Shown: positions 20,714-30,322 of the stretch, in pieces
Layout of the letters: the number at the start of each line of letters is the position of its first letter
How positions within the stretch are numbered: position 1 is the first letter of the stretch
From: Thermoplasmata archaeon
GTDB taxonomy: Archaea; Thermoplasmatota; Thermoplasmata; Lutacidiplasmatales; UBA184
Direction: 5' to 3'
DNA: 64,000 bases
NCBI GenBank assembly: GCA_027365105.1
Contig: DAHXNZ010000002.1
Coordinates: 85,916-149,915 of the forward strand
Made by a program: the position numbers and the translations under genes
The notes under the pieces: generated by a model
What the model saw: the letters and a program-made list of their open reading frames with translations, nothing else
Database searches by the model: none
What the model was told of the DNA's origin: nothing

Positions 20714-21208
20714 GTGGCCGCTTCGTCCCTCGGCCCGAGGCTCTACGGCTTTCTCTTCGCCGCGGCGGCGATCGTGAGCGCGGTCATGCTCGTCACGGAC
20801 ACCAATCTACGGACCGACTTTGGGACCGTGACGTCCGGCTACTACCTTCACTGGTACGTCATCCTGATCACGGCCGTCGCGGACGCGATCGGCGCGGTCG
20901 GGCTCTGGGTCGTCGGGAGCCGGCGGGCGGTCCAGGTCGGCACCGTGGCTTCCGGCCTGCTGATCCTGATCCTCCTCGGCGACATCTTCACGTACAGTGC
21001 GGTGGGATTCGCCACGGCGGGGGACTTCGCCAACTACCTCTTCGGGATCACCTACTACGGCGGGAACATCCGCTACCTCTACGATCTCCTCCTCGGCGTA
21101 TACATCGTCACGTTCGGCTCCGGTCTCGGACTTCTGGCCGCCCGGCGTTCCCGACCGCCGAAGGCCCCCACCCCACCGGTCGCTCCATCGTCAGGCACCC
21201 ACCCATAG
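20714..21208 (+). CDS. hypothetical integral membrane protein (4-5 TMS)
   Basis: GTG-initiated 164-aa hydrophobic ORF. I recognise no family. Confidence 0.5.
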   Translation: MAASSLGPRLYGFLFAAAAIVSAVMLVTDTNLRTDFGTVTSGYYLHWYVILITAVADAIGAVGLWVVGSRRAVQVGTVASGLLILILLGDIFTYSAVGFATAGDFANYLFGITYYGGNIRYLYDLLLGVYIVTFGSGLGLLAARRSRPPKAPTPPVAPSSGTHP

Positions 21209-22504
21209 GCAGGCCACCAGGATGGCCACCGTGATCCCGGTCAGCGGAAGCCCGTACCGGACGAACTCGCCGAGCGAGATCCGAACTCCCGAACGGTCGG
21301 CCCGTTCGGCGACGATGAGGTTGCTGGCCGCCCCCAGCAGGGTCACGTTCCCGGCCAGGGTGCTGGCCCCGGCGAGAGCCAGCCACGCCAGCACGTTCGA
21401 TCCGGTGTAGCCCAACCCCGAGAGGATCGGGAGCTGGAGGGCCACCCACGGGACGTTGCTGACCACCTGGGACCCGACGAGGCTCGTGGCGGTGATCGCG
21501 AGGATCGAAAGCGGAGCCGAGCCGGGGCCGGGCAGGGGGAAGAGCCCCTCGACCGAGGCGATGACGCCGCCTTCGACGGCCGCTTGGACCACGAGGAAGA
21601 GACCGACGAACAGGGCGAGGATCGGCCAGGGCATCTCCCGCAGGAGCCGGGTCCGGTGGGAGGAGACCGCGAGGAGCAGGAGGCCGCCGGCGATCGCGAT
21701 CTCCCAGATGGGAGGGGCGGTGAAGAGCCCCAATGCCCCGCCGATGTCGGCCCCGAAGAGGACCAGGACGGTGGCCGGGAAGAGCAGCAGCGCCGGGTAC
21801 GCCCGGATCCGCCCCCGCCACCCCTCCCGGATCCACAGGGGCGGCGCCTCCGCCCGGAGCTGGGGGTACCGCGCCTCGGCCGGGGCGAGCTTCGAAGCGA
21901 ACTCCCACCGGAGGAAGTAGCCCCCGATTAGGAGTCCTGCGGCGGTGGGGAGCAGGAGGTAGCGGAGGAAGACGGCGATCGGCGCGGTCATCCCGCTCGC
22001 CAACGAGACCAGAAGATTCTGGGGGTTCCCGAGGGGGGTCACCACGCTGCCGACGGTCACCGCAAAGGCGAGGGTCAGCACGAGCGGCTTGGGATCGGTC
22101 CGGAGCCGACCGGCGACATGGAGCAGGATCGGGACCCCGATCAGGACCAGCGCATCGTTCACGACCAATGCGCTCGCGATGCCGAATCCGAGGAAGAGCA
22201 CCAAGGGAAGGTCGTGCGCGGAACGGCTCTGTCCGACGAGCCATCGGGCGATGTGGTCGAGCGCGCCCGAGGCCTCGAGCTCGGTCGCCATGAGGAACAT
22301 CGCCCACAGGAAGGTGACGACCGGAAGCGCCGAGGTCAGCAGGACCGATTGCGCCCCGGGAAGCGAGAGGGACTCGGTCGCCAGGACCGCCACCCCGCCC
22401 ACCGCAAAGGTGAGCCAGACCGCCGGCCCCCGCCCGGAAAACTGCCGCAGGATGATGAGGCCGAACACGGCCGCGAGGAGTCCGGCCGCCACGAGGTTCG
22501 CCAT
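21191..22504 (-). CDS. ArsB/NhaD-superfamily anion permease (citrate-transporter-like)
   Basis: 437-aa polytopic protein. VVNDALVLIGVPILL...VTPLGNPQNLLV is typical of the family. Confidence 0.75.
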   Translation of the reverse strand: MANLVAAGLLAAVFGLIILRQFSGRGPAVWLTFAVGGVAVLATESLSLPGAQSVLLTSALPVVTFLWAMFLMATELEASGALDHIARWLVGQSRSAHDLPLVLFLGFGIASALVVNDALVLIGVPILLHVAGRLRTDPKPLVLTLAFAVTVGSVVTPLGNPQNLLVSLASGMTAPIAVFLRYLLLPTAAGLLIGGYFLRWEFASKLAPAEARYPQLRAEAPPLWIREGWRGRIRAYPALLLFPATVLVLFGADIGGALGLFTAPPIWEIAIAGGLLLLAVSSHRTRLLREMPWPILALFVGLFLVVQAAVEGGVIASVEGLFPLPGPGSAPLSILAITATSLVGSQVVSNVPWVALQLPILSGLGYTGSNVLAWLALAGASTLAGNVTLLGAASNLIVAERADRSGVRISLGEFVRYGLPLTGITVAILVACLWVGA

Positions 22505-22601
22505 GGGGTCCGAAGTCCGAGATGGAACCAGAGATTAGACCTCCCGGGTCTCGGGCGCCTCGACCCCAACCGCCAAAGGGAGGCCCGACGATACGGGGAC
22601 C

Positions 22602-23066
22602 ATGGAGGCGGCCACGTCGGTGACGGTCACGCCCAACGGGCGGCTGCTCCGGCTTTCGGCGGCGTGGTTCTCGGACGGGGTCCGCCGCCGGGCCGAGGCG
22701 CGGCGCGAGCGCCGGTGCGTTGAATGTCAGCGCCCCCTCCCGAATCGGCGCACGCCCTACTGCTCGCGCACCTGCCGCTGGAAGTTCCAGGGACACTACT
22801 TCTGGGACGCGGCGCGGAGCTACGTGATGTACCGGGACCGGTACTCGTGCCGGCTCTGTGGGAGCCGCCACCGGGCCCGGGAGCTCGAGGTGGACCACAT
22901 CACCGAGATCTGGGCCGGCGGGGCGGCCCTGGAGTACTCCAACCTGCAGACCCTCTGCCGACCCTGCCATCGCCGCAAATCCGCCGAATCGCGACGATTC
23001 CGACCGCGGTCTTCCCCCGCCGCGGACGGGCCGCCGCCCGACGGCACCCCCGGTTCGACCCGGTGA
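22602..23066 (+). CDS. HNH endonuclease with an N-terminal Cys4 zinc ribbon
   Basis: CVECQ...CSRTC, then CRLCGSRHRARELEVDHITEIWAGGAALEYSNLQTLCRPCHRRKS (HNH). Confidence 0.75.
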   Translation: MEAATSVTVTPNGRLLRLSAAWFSDGVRRRAEARRERRCVECQRPLPNRRTPYCSRTCRWKFQGHYFWDAARSYVMYRDRYSCRLCGSRHRARELEVDHITEIWAGGAALEYSNLQTLCRPCHRRKSAESRRFRPRSSPAADGPPPDGTPGSTR

Positions 23067-23084
23067 GGCCGCCCCGACCGGGTG

Positions 23085-24524
23085 TCACCCGACGACGGGC
23101 TGCTCCAGGATTTCCTCGAGGGCGGCCAGCGGGATGCCCAACCAGGCGGGGCGATGATCCAGCTCGTAGAGCAGTTCGTAGCAGAGCTTTTCGATACTGT
23201 AGTAACGGACGAGGGCCGCGGTCGCGGCCGCTCCTTCGGGTTGGATCCCGTCCGGCCCCCGGCCGATCTCGTGTTCGTAGGCCCGAAGGAACCGGGCGAT
23301 GATACGGTCGCGAAGCGCTCGATCGGAGGGGGAAAGGAGGCCCGGGGTGGCCGCGGAACCCGAGGGCCCGGCCCGGAGCCGGTAGTCGATCGACCGGATC
23401 ATTCCGGCCACGTCCTTCGCCGCCCAGTCGACGGACCGACGTTCGGCGATCGTGTGCGCCGGCTCGCCCTCGAAGTCGAGGACAAAGTAGCCGTCCTCGG
23501 CCCGGAGCAGCTGGCCCAGGTGGTAGTCCCCGTGGATCCGCATCGGGCGGACGCCGGAACGTGCGGTCTCCGCCAGGATCCGGGCGAGGGGGAGTAGGCG
23601 CTGGGGCCAGCCGTCGATCCGGGCGATCCGATCCGCGAGCCCGGCCGGAAGCCTGGGCCGGGCTTCGGAGAGCCGATGACCGGCGAGATCGTTGCGCTCC
23701 TGCCAGCGCTCGCGCCGACGCTCCAAGTCGGATCCGGTGGGCGCTTCGGCCGCGAAGGCCGCCTCAGAGATCCGGGCCAGGGCCCGGTGGAGGCTCCCGG
23801 TCAGACGGCCGATCGCCTCGGCTTCGCGGCCCAGCACCGCGTCGACCCGGTGCGGTTCGGCCTCCCGGAGCCAATGCCCCCAGACCGTCCAGGCGTCGCC
23901 CCGGTTCGGCACGAACTCGGTGACCGAAATCAGGTCGATCGCCCCGACCCCCCGGCGCCGGTAGACGGCGCCGCCGACCGGCCGGGGGACCCGGTCGAAG
24001 CCTGCCCGGATCAGGGCCCGCGGCAACTCCCGGTCGGGATTCGGCCCGGGCTGCAGCTGTCGGTACTCCTTCAGCATCCATCGATCCCCCACCCGGGTCG
24101 AGCGGTTCGACTGTTCCTGGGTGACCGGGACGATCGCCGCGTCCTCGACATCCCCGGCCGTCAGGGGGCGGCCTCCCTCGTCGAGCGCGCACGTGAGCGT
24201 CCCGTGCATTCCCGCCAGCGTTCGGCCCTCGGCGATCGCGTCGAGGAGGGCCCGGACCCGGGCGGGTGTCTGGGCCGCCTCGATCGGGGACCGCTCCGAT
24301 CCGGAGCCCCCCTGTGCCGGCAGGCCCAGGGCGTAGCGCTCGGGGAGGCCGGAGGAATAGCCGACCTCGATCAGCCGGTACCCCCACGGGACGGGGGCTC
24401 GCTCCGCCTCGATCCGGTCCCAGAGGTCGACCGAGACCACCGGCCGACCCTTGCCGGCGAACCATCGCTGGTCGTGGAGATACTCCGTCCACGCCCGCGG
24501 GCCGGGGGCCTCATCGGGAGCCAT
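23085..24524 (-). CDS. mak: maltokinase (maltose 1-phosphate-forming; Mak/Pep2), not fused to TreS
   Basis: N-terminal WTEYLHDQRWFAGKGRP cap motif and an aminoglycoside-phosphotransferase-like catalytic block RIHGDYHLGQLL. Immediately downstream of treS with a 14-nt overlap. Confidence 0.75.
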   Translation of the reverse strand: MAPDEAPGPRAWTEYLHDQRWFAGKGRPVVSVDLWDRIEAERAPVPWGYRLIEVGYSSGLPERYALGLPAQGGSGSERSPIEAAQTPARVRALLDAIAEGRTLAGMHGTLTCALDEGGRPLTAGDVEDAAIVPVTQEQSNRSTRVGDRWMLKEYRQLQPGPNPDRELPRALIRAGFDRVPRPVGGAVYRRRGVGAIDLISVTEFVPNRGDAWTVWGHWLREAEPHRVDAVLGREAEAIGRLTGSLHRALARISEAAFAAEAPTGSDLERRRERWQERNDLAGHRLSEARPRLPAGLADRIARIDGWPQRLLPLARILAETARSGVRPMRIHGDYHLGQLLRAEDGYFVLDFEGEPAHTIAERRSVDWAAKDVAGMIRSIDYRLRAGPSGSAATPGLLSPSDRALRDRIIARFLRAYEHEIGRGPDGIQPEGAAATAALVRYYSIEKLCYELLYELDHRPAWLGIPLAALEEILEQPVVG

Positions 24525-26181
24525 CGTCGGGCCTCGGGGGGGCCGGGGGGTCCAGCCGGAACCAGTAGAAGCCTCGCTCGGCCAGCGTCAGGAAGTACGG
24601 CAGTTCCCCAATCGGCGGGAAGGGCGAGTCGCTGATCGCTTCGACCGGAGTATATCCGCGGAAGCGGGAGAGGTCAAGCTGGATGGGGGACGGGGATCGG
24701 GAGAGGTTGAAGAGGCAGAGGAACTCGCAGTCCTCGTAGCTGCGGCGGTAGACCAGGACCTTGGGGTTGGTGGTGCCGATGAACTCGATCGATCCCCGGC
24801 CGAAGACCGAGGCGTACCGCCGGCGGACCCGCAGCTGCCGGATGAGCCAGTTGAGGAACGAGGGCGGCATCCGGCGGAGAGTCTCGACGTTCCGGGACTC
24901 GTAATGGAAGTTCGGGTTGATGATCACCGGCGCGTAGAGCTGCTCCGTGTCGGCCCGCGAGAAGCCCGCGTTGCGGTCCGGCGACCACTGCATCGGGGTC
25001 CGGACCCCGGCCCGATCTCCCAGGTAGATGTTGTCGCCCATGCCGAGCTCATCGCCGTAGTAGAGGATGGGAACCCCGGGGAGCGACAGGAGGAGGCCGT
25101 GGAGGAGCTCCATCACGCGGCGGTCGTCGTCGACCAGCGGGGCCAACCGTCGGCGGATGCCGAGGTTGAGCCGCATCTTCGGGTGCTTGGCGTATTCGTG
25201 GTACATGAAGTCGCGTTCCTCGTCGGTCACCATCTCGAGGGTCAGTTCGTCGTGGTTCCGCAGGAAGACTCCCCACGCGCAGGTGGGGGGGATCGGCAAG
25301 GTCTGGGCGATCAGCTCCCGGATCGGGGTCGCCGACTCTTTCGCGAGCGCGATGAAGATCCGCGGCATCAGCGGGAAGTTGAACGCCATGTGGAATTCGT
25401 CCTCCTCGCCGAAGTAGGCCTGGACGTCGGCCGGCCATTGGTTCGCCTCGGCGAGCAGGACCCGGTGCGGAAACTCGGTGTCGACCATCCGACGGATCTC
25501 CTTCAGATAGGCGTGGGTCGCCGGCAGGTTCTCGCTGGTCGTGCCTTCGGCCTCGAACAGGTACGGGACCGCGTCGCACCGAAATCCGTCGAGCCCCCGG
25601 CGCAACCAGAACCGGATCACCTCCTTCATCGCCTCCCGGACGGGGGGATGGTCGTAGTTGAGGTCCGGCTGATGGCTGTAGAAGCGGTGCCAGTAGTACT
25701 GCTTGGCCACCGGATCCCAGGTCCAGTTGGACCGCTCGGTGTCGAGAAAGATGATCCGGGTGCCGGCATACTTCCGGTCGGAGTCCGACCAGACGAACCA
25801 CGGCCGCCGGGGGCTTGCCGGATCGGCCCGGGCCTCCTGGAACCAGGCATGCTGGTCGGAGACATGGTTGAGGACCAGGTCGGCGATCACCCGGAGCCCC
25901 CGGCGATGCGCCTCCTCCAGGAGAAGGTCGAAATCCTCCAGGCGGCCGAGGTCCGGATGGATCCGGTAGTAGTCCGAGATGTCGTACCCGTCGTCCCTCA
26001 ACGGGGAGTCGTAGAAGGGCAGGAGCCATAGGCAGTCGACCCCGAGATCCTTGAGGTAGTCGAGCTTCTGGACGACCCCCAGCAGATCGCCGATCCCATC
26101 CCCGTTGCTGTCGTAGAACGACTTGACCGGGATCTCGTAGAGTACGGCATCCTTGTACCACAAGGCCTCCGGGGGATTCAC
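24511..26181 (-). CDS. treS: trehalose synthase / maltose alpha-D-glucosyltransferase (GH13)
   Basis: LWYKDAVLYEIPVKSFYDSNGDGIGDLLGVVQKLDYLKDLGVDCLWLLPFYDSPLRDDGYDISDY...GFRCDAVPYL. The GTG start at 26181 forms a GTGA overlap with the glgE stop. The 888-aa tracked ORF upstream of it is non-protein-like. Confidence 0.9.
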   Translation of the reverse strand: MNPPEALWYKDAVLYEIPVKSFYDSNGDGIGDLLGVVQKLDYLKDLGVDCLWLLPFYDSPLRDDGYDISDYYRIHPDLGRLEDFDLLLEEAHRRGLRVIADLVLNHVSDQHAWFQEARADPASPRRPWFVWSDSDRKYAGTRIIFLDTERSNWTWDPVAKQYYWHRFYSHQPDLNYDHPPVREAMKEVIRFWLRRGLDGFRCDAVPYLFEAEGTTSENLPATHAYLKEIRRMVDTEFPHRVLLAEANQWPADVQAYFGEEDEFHMAFNFPLMPRIFIALAKESATPIRELIAQTLPIPPTCAWGVFLRNHDELTLEMVTDEERDFMYHEYAKHPKMRLNLGIRRRLAPLVDDDRRVMELLHGLLLSLPGVPILYYGDELGMGDNIYLGDRAGVRTPMQWSPDRNAGFSRADTEQLYAPVIINPNFHYESRNVETLRRMPPSFLNWLIRQLRVRRRYASVFGRGSIEFIGTTNPKVLVYRRSYEDCEFLCLFNLSRSPSPIQLDLSRFRGYTPVEAISDSPFPPIGELPYFLTLAERGFYWFRLDPPAPPRPDDGSR

Positions 26182-28127
26182 GGCGCCTCCCGAACCGCCG
26201 AAGGGCGGATCCGGAACAGATGGGCGACCCGGTCCGACGGGTCGAGGCGGACAAAGTTGCGTCGCCCGCGCCAGGTCCACACTTCCCCCGTCAGCCGGTC
26301 CTCGACCTCGAAGGGGGCGTCGCCTACCCCGAGGTCCTCGGGCAGATGGACCATTCCCTCCCGGGCGGCCTCCGGCACGGGGTTGACGACCGCGATCAGC
26401 CGATCCTCCCCGTCGGACGACCATCGTTCGTAGGCCAGGAGCCCCGGGCCCTCGACCGCGAGGAACCGGAGGTGGTTCGGATGCTGGAGGGCGGGGTGCT
26501 CCCGCCGGAGCGTGTTCAAGGTCCGGAGGAACTGCCGGAGATTTCCGGGCGGAGGGGGGCCGCCTCGGGGAACCACCCGGTACTTCTCCGAATCGGCGTA
26601 CTCCTCCGTCCCGGGGATCGCGTCCCGCTCGAGGTCCTCGAACCCGCTGTAGATGCCCCAGAGCGGGGAGAGCGTCGCGGCGAGGAACGCCCGGGCCGCG
26701 AACGCCGGGCGCCCCAGTCGAACGAGGATCGGGGGCAGGATGTCCGGGGTGTTGGTGAAAAGCATGGGCCGGAAGAACTCCCGGACCGGGGGCCGGGTGA
26801 GCTCGGTGAAGTACTCGGTCAGCTCCTCGGGCGTGGTCCGCCAGGTGAAGTAGGTGTAGGACGCGTCGAACCCGATCTTGGCCAGGTGGTACATCGTCCC
26901 GGGCCGGGTGAACGCCTCGGCCAGAAAGATCGAGCCCGGGAACTCGGCGTGAATCTGGGGCAGGAGCCACTCCCAGAAGGCAAACGGCTTCGTGTGCGGA
27001 TTGTCGACCCGGAAGATCCGCACGCCCCGGCCGGCCCAGAACCGTACCACGTCGGCGAGGGCCCGCCAGAGCCCGGCCGAGTTCGGTCCGAAGAAGTCGA
27101 ACGGGTAGATGTCCCGGTAGCGTTTCGGCGGGTTCTCGGCGTACCGGATCGACCCGTCGGCCCGGTGCTGGAACCACTCAGGGTGCTCGTGCACCCACGG
27201 GTGGTCGGGCGAGCACTGCCACGCCAGATCGAGGGCGACCTCGAGGCCGGCGGCCCGGGCCGCGGCCAGGAATCCGTCCAGGGCGGGAAGTCCGCCCAAG
27301 GCGGGGTCCACCGCCGTATGGCCCCCGGCCGGGCTGCCGATCGCCCAGGGACTGCCGGGATCGTCGTCGCCCGGGCTGTCGGAGTTCCCCCGGCCGCGGC
27401 GGCCGGTCCTCCCGATCGGATGGATCGGGGGCAGGTAGACCACATCAAACCCCATCGCCGCGATTGTCGGCAGGTGCCGGGCCGCCTCGGTCAGCGTCCC
27501 TCCGAACGAGCGGGGAAACATTTCGTACCAGCTCGCGAACCCCGCCCGCTCCCGATCGACGATCAGCCGGCGCGCCGGCTCGAACGTGACCTGGTCCGGG
27601 CGTCGGTCCAGCCGGGCCAGCCGGTCGGCGACCGCGGGGCTCTGGAGCGTGCCGAGGAGCGCGTCCCACGCCCCCGCTTCACCCAGGTCGATCAGGTTCC
27701 GGAGCATCGCCCGGTCGGAGCCTCGGCACCGGCGGAGGCGCCGGCGCCACTCCCGAAGAAGCGGGATCGCATCGACGTCGATCGGCTCACCGGCCGCCCG
27801 CCAGGCCGTGCCGCGGGCCCGCCAGGTGGCGATCCGGTCGGTCCAGGCCGTGACGGTGAACTCGTACGCCCCGGGCCGGTCGGGACACCATCGTCCGCTC
27901 CAGTGCTCGGCGTCCTGCGCCTCGAGCGGAAGTTCGGTCCATCGCCGTCGCCCGGCGACGCGCCACCGGAGGGCGGCTCTGACGACCGCATCCCCGGTCT
28001 GCACGACCGTGGCCGTGACTTCGACCGGAATTCCCACCCGAGCTCGGGCGGGGTACCGTCCCCCGTCCACGGCCGGGCCGACCTCTTCGATCGCTACCGG
28101 GCTCCGGAGTCGGGGGATTCGTCGCAT
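26178..28127 (-). CDS. glgE: alpha-1,4-glucan:maltose-1-phosphate maltosyltransferase GlgE
   Basis: IEEVGPAVDGGRYPAR (GlgE N-domain), FDVVYLPPIHPIG...GSPWAIGS..GGH...IFRVDNPHTKPF.FWEW. Start set at MRRIPRLRSP (28127). Confidence 0.85.
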   Translation of the reverse strand: MRRIPRLRSPVAIEEVGPAVDGGRYPARARVGIPVEVTATVVQTGDAVVRAALRWRVAGRRRWTELPLEAQDAEHWSGRWCPDRPGAYEFTVTAWTDRIATWRARGTAWRAAGEPIDVDAIPLLREWRRRLRRCRGSDRAMLRNLIDLGEAGAWDALLGTLQSPAVADRLARLDRRPDQVTFEPARRLIVDRERAGFASWYEMFPRSFGGTLTEAARHLPTIAAMGFDVVYLPPIHPIGRTGRRGRGNSDSPGDDDPGSPWAIGSPAGGHTAVDPALGGLPALDGFLAAARAAGLEVALDLAWQCSPDHPWVHEHPEWFQHRADGSIRYAENPPKRYRDIYPFDFFGPNSAGLWRALADVVRFWAGRGVRIFRVDNPHTKPFAFWEWLLPQIHAEFPGSIFLAEAFTRPGTMYHLAKIGFDASYTYFTWRTTPEELTEYFTELTRPPVREFFRPMLFTNTPDILPPILVRLGRPAFAARAFLAATLSPLWGIYSGFEDLERDAIPGTEEYADSEKYRVVPRGGPPPPGNLRQFLRTLNTLRREHPALQHPNHLRFLAVEGPGLLAYERWSSDGEDRLIAVVNPVPEAAREGMVHLPEDLGVGDAPFEVEDRLTGEVWTWRGRRNFVRLDPSDRVAHLFRIRPSAVREAP

Positions 28128-28363
28128 GGAATGGAAGAGGCGATCCGGCGCTCGGGCGGTCGATGCCCCTGAGCCGAGGCGAACGTCGTCGTGGAGGGCG
28201 CGGGTCGACGGCCATTTATGCCATTGCGCCATAAGCCGTTTGCGCCGAACTCTCGGGTCCACGCCCGAATCTCTGCCCTGCCCGAAACCCCGGGCATCGG
28301 GTCGATGTCGGGGCCGCCAAAGCCGTCCTTGGATCGAGAATCCGGCCACTGGAGAAAATCGAA

Positions 28364-30310
28364 GTGTCGTCGAACCGTGCTTCCACCCAGCGGCGGCCGG
28401 GCCCTGCCCGGCCCGATTTCGAGGCGATCGACCCGAATGACCTCTGGTTCTGGTCGGAAGGAAGCCATCTCGCCGCCTATCGGTTTCTGGGCGCCCACCT
28501 CCGGTCGGACCGCGGACCCGGGGTTCGGTTCGCGGTCTGGGCGCCGAATGCGGAGTCGGTGTCGGTCATCGGCGAGTTCAACGGCTGGGTCCCGCACACC
28601 GACGAGCTGCGGATCCTCGGCGACTCCGGGGTCTGGGCGGGCATGGTCGAGGCGGCGCGTCCGGGCCAGCTCTACAAGTACCACATCGTCTCCCGCTACG
28701 ACGGCTACCGCGTGGACAAAGCCGACCCGTTCGCTCGGCAGGCCGAGATCCCTCCCGGTACCGCCTCCCGCATCGTCGCCCCGGCCTACCGATGGCGGGA
28801 CGGCGACTGGATGGAGCAGCGTCGGCGCGCCCCATCGATCCGGCAGCGTCCGCAGTCGATCTACGAGGTCCATCTCGGATCCTTCCGCCGGGTGGTGGAG
28901 GAGGGGCGGCGATCGATGACCTACCGCGAACTGGCCCGTTCCCTGCCCGAGTACGTCGCCTCGATGGGATTCACCCATGTCGAGTTCCTCCCGGTGATGG
29001 AACACCCGTTCTACGGGTCGTGGGGCTACGAGACGACCGGCTACTTCGCGCCCACGGCCCGGTGGGGCCCCCCCGAAGGGTTGATGGAGCTGGTCGATGC
29101 CCTGCACGCGGCCGAGATCGGGGTCCTCTTCGACTGGGTCCCCTCCCACTTTCCGGCCGATGGCCACGGACTCGGCTACTTTGACGGAACGCACCTCTTC
29201 GAACATGCCGACCCCCGGCTCGGTTGGCATCCCGACTGGAACTCCTGCATCTTCAACTACGGGCGTCGGGAGGTGGTGAGCTTCCTCACGAGCAGCGCCC
29301 ACTTCTGGATCGACCGCTACCATGCCGACGGCCTCCGGGTCGACGCGGTCGCGTCGATGCTCTACCGCGACTACTCCCGGCGCCCGGGCGAGTGGATCCC
29401 CAATGCCCAAGGGGGGCGGGAGAACGAAGAGGCGATCGGGTTCCTCCGCCACCTCAACACGACGCTCTACCGGGAGCACCCCGGGATCGACACCTACGCG
29501 GAGGAGTCGACCGCCTGGCCGATGGTCTCCCGTCCGGTCGATTCGGGGGGCCTGGGATTCGGGTTCAAGTGGGACATGGGCTGGATGCACGACTGGCTGC
29601 GCTACCTCGGGAGGGATCCCCTCTACCGGCGCTACCACCACTCCGAACTGACCTTCCGAGGCCTCTACGCGCTCCACGAGAACTATGTGCTCCCGCTCTC
29701 CCACGACGAGGTCGTCCAGGGCAAGGGTTCCCTGCTCCGCAAGATGCCCGGCGACGATTGGCAGCGGTTCGCCAACCTCCGGCTCCTCTACGGCGGACTC
29801 TACGGGCTCCCGGGCAAGAAACTCCTGTTCATGGGCAACGAGTGGGCGCCGTGGAACGAGTGGTACCACGAGACGAGCCTCGACTGGAACGAACTCGAAC
29901 GGCCCGAGCACGCGGGGGTCCAACGGTGGATCGTCGACCTGAACCGTCTCTACCGACGGGAACCGGCGCTGAGCGCCCGGGACTACGAGGCGGACGGCTT
30001 CCGCTGGCTGGTCGCGGACGACGCGGACCAGAGCGTGCTCGTCTTTCTGAGGAACGGCGGCCCGGGCGTCCGTCCGGTCGTCGTCGCCCTCAACTTTACC
30101 CCGGTCCCCCGCGCGAACTACACCGTGGGGGTCCCGGCGGCCGGACCGTATGCGGAACTGGCCAACAGCGATGCCCGCGACTACGGGGGAAGCGGTCTCG
30201 GCAACGCCGGGCGGGTCGAGGCGCGTCCCGAGCCGTCCCACGGGCTCCCGGCGTCCGTGGACCTCATGCTTCCTCCCCTGGCGGCGGTCTTCCTGGCGCC
30301 GGGACCGTAG
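28364..30310 (+). CDS. glgB: 1,4-alpha-glucan branching enzyme GlgB (GH13)
   Basis: GVRFAVWAPNAESVSVIGEFNGW...IYEVHLGSF...GYFAPT.RWG.P...DWVPSHFP...ADGLRVDAVASMLY... are classical GlgB blocks. Confidence 0.9.
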   Translation: MSSNRASTQRRPGPARPDFEAIDPNDLWFWSEGSHLAAYRFLGAHLRSDRGPGVRFAVWAPNAESVSVIGEFNGWVPHTDELRILGDSGVWAGMVEAARPGQLYKYHIVSRYDGYRVDKADPFARQAEIPPGTASRIVAPAYRWRDGDWMEQRRRAPSIRQRPQSIYEVHLGSFRRVVEEGRRSMTYRELARSLPEYVASMGFTHVEFLPVMEHPFYGSWGYETTGYFAPTARWGPPEGLMELVDALHAAEIGVLFDWVPSHFPADGHGLGYFDGTHLFEHADPRLGWHPDWNSCIFNYGRREVVSFLTSSAHFWIDRYHADGLRVDAVASMLYRDYSRRPGEWIPNAQGGRENEEAIGFLRHLNTTLYREHPGIDTYAEESTAWPMVSRPVDSGGLGFGFKWDMGWMHDWLRYLGRDPLYRRYHHSELTFRGLYALHENYVLPLSHDEVVQGKGSLLRKMPGDDWQRFANLRLLYGGLYGLPGKKLLFMGNEWAPWNEWYHETSLDWNELERPEHAGVQRWIVDLNRLYRREPALSARDYEADGFRWLVADDADQSVLVFLRNGGPGVRPVVVALNFTPVPRANYTVGVPAAGPYAELANSDARDYGGSGLGNAGRVEARPEPSHGLPASVDLMLPPLAAVFLAPGP

Positions 30311-30322
30311 GAGTGCCCAAGG

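Noticed and set aside
24511-27177. Extended N-termini of the tracked ORFs for treS (888 aa), glgE (723 aa), katG (995 aa), the ABC ATPase (458 aa), the ADH (520 aa) and the class III aminotransferase (539 aa)
   Set aside because: In each case the family-typical N-terminus begins at an internal ATG or GTG that forms a 4-nt overlap with the upstream gene's stop. The extension overlaps that upstream gene and is not protein-like.
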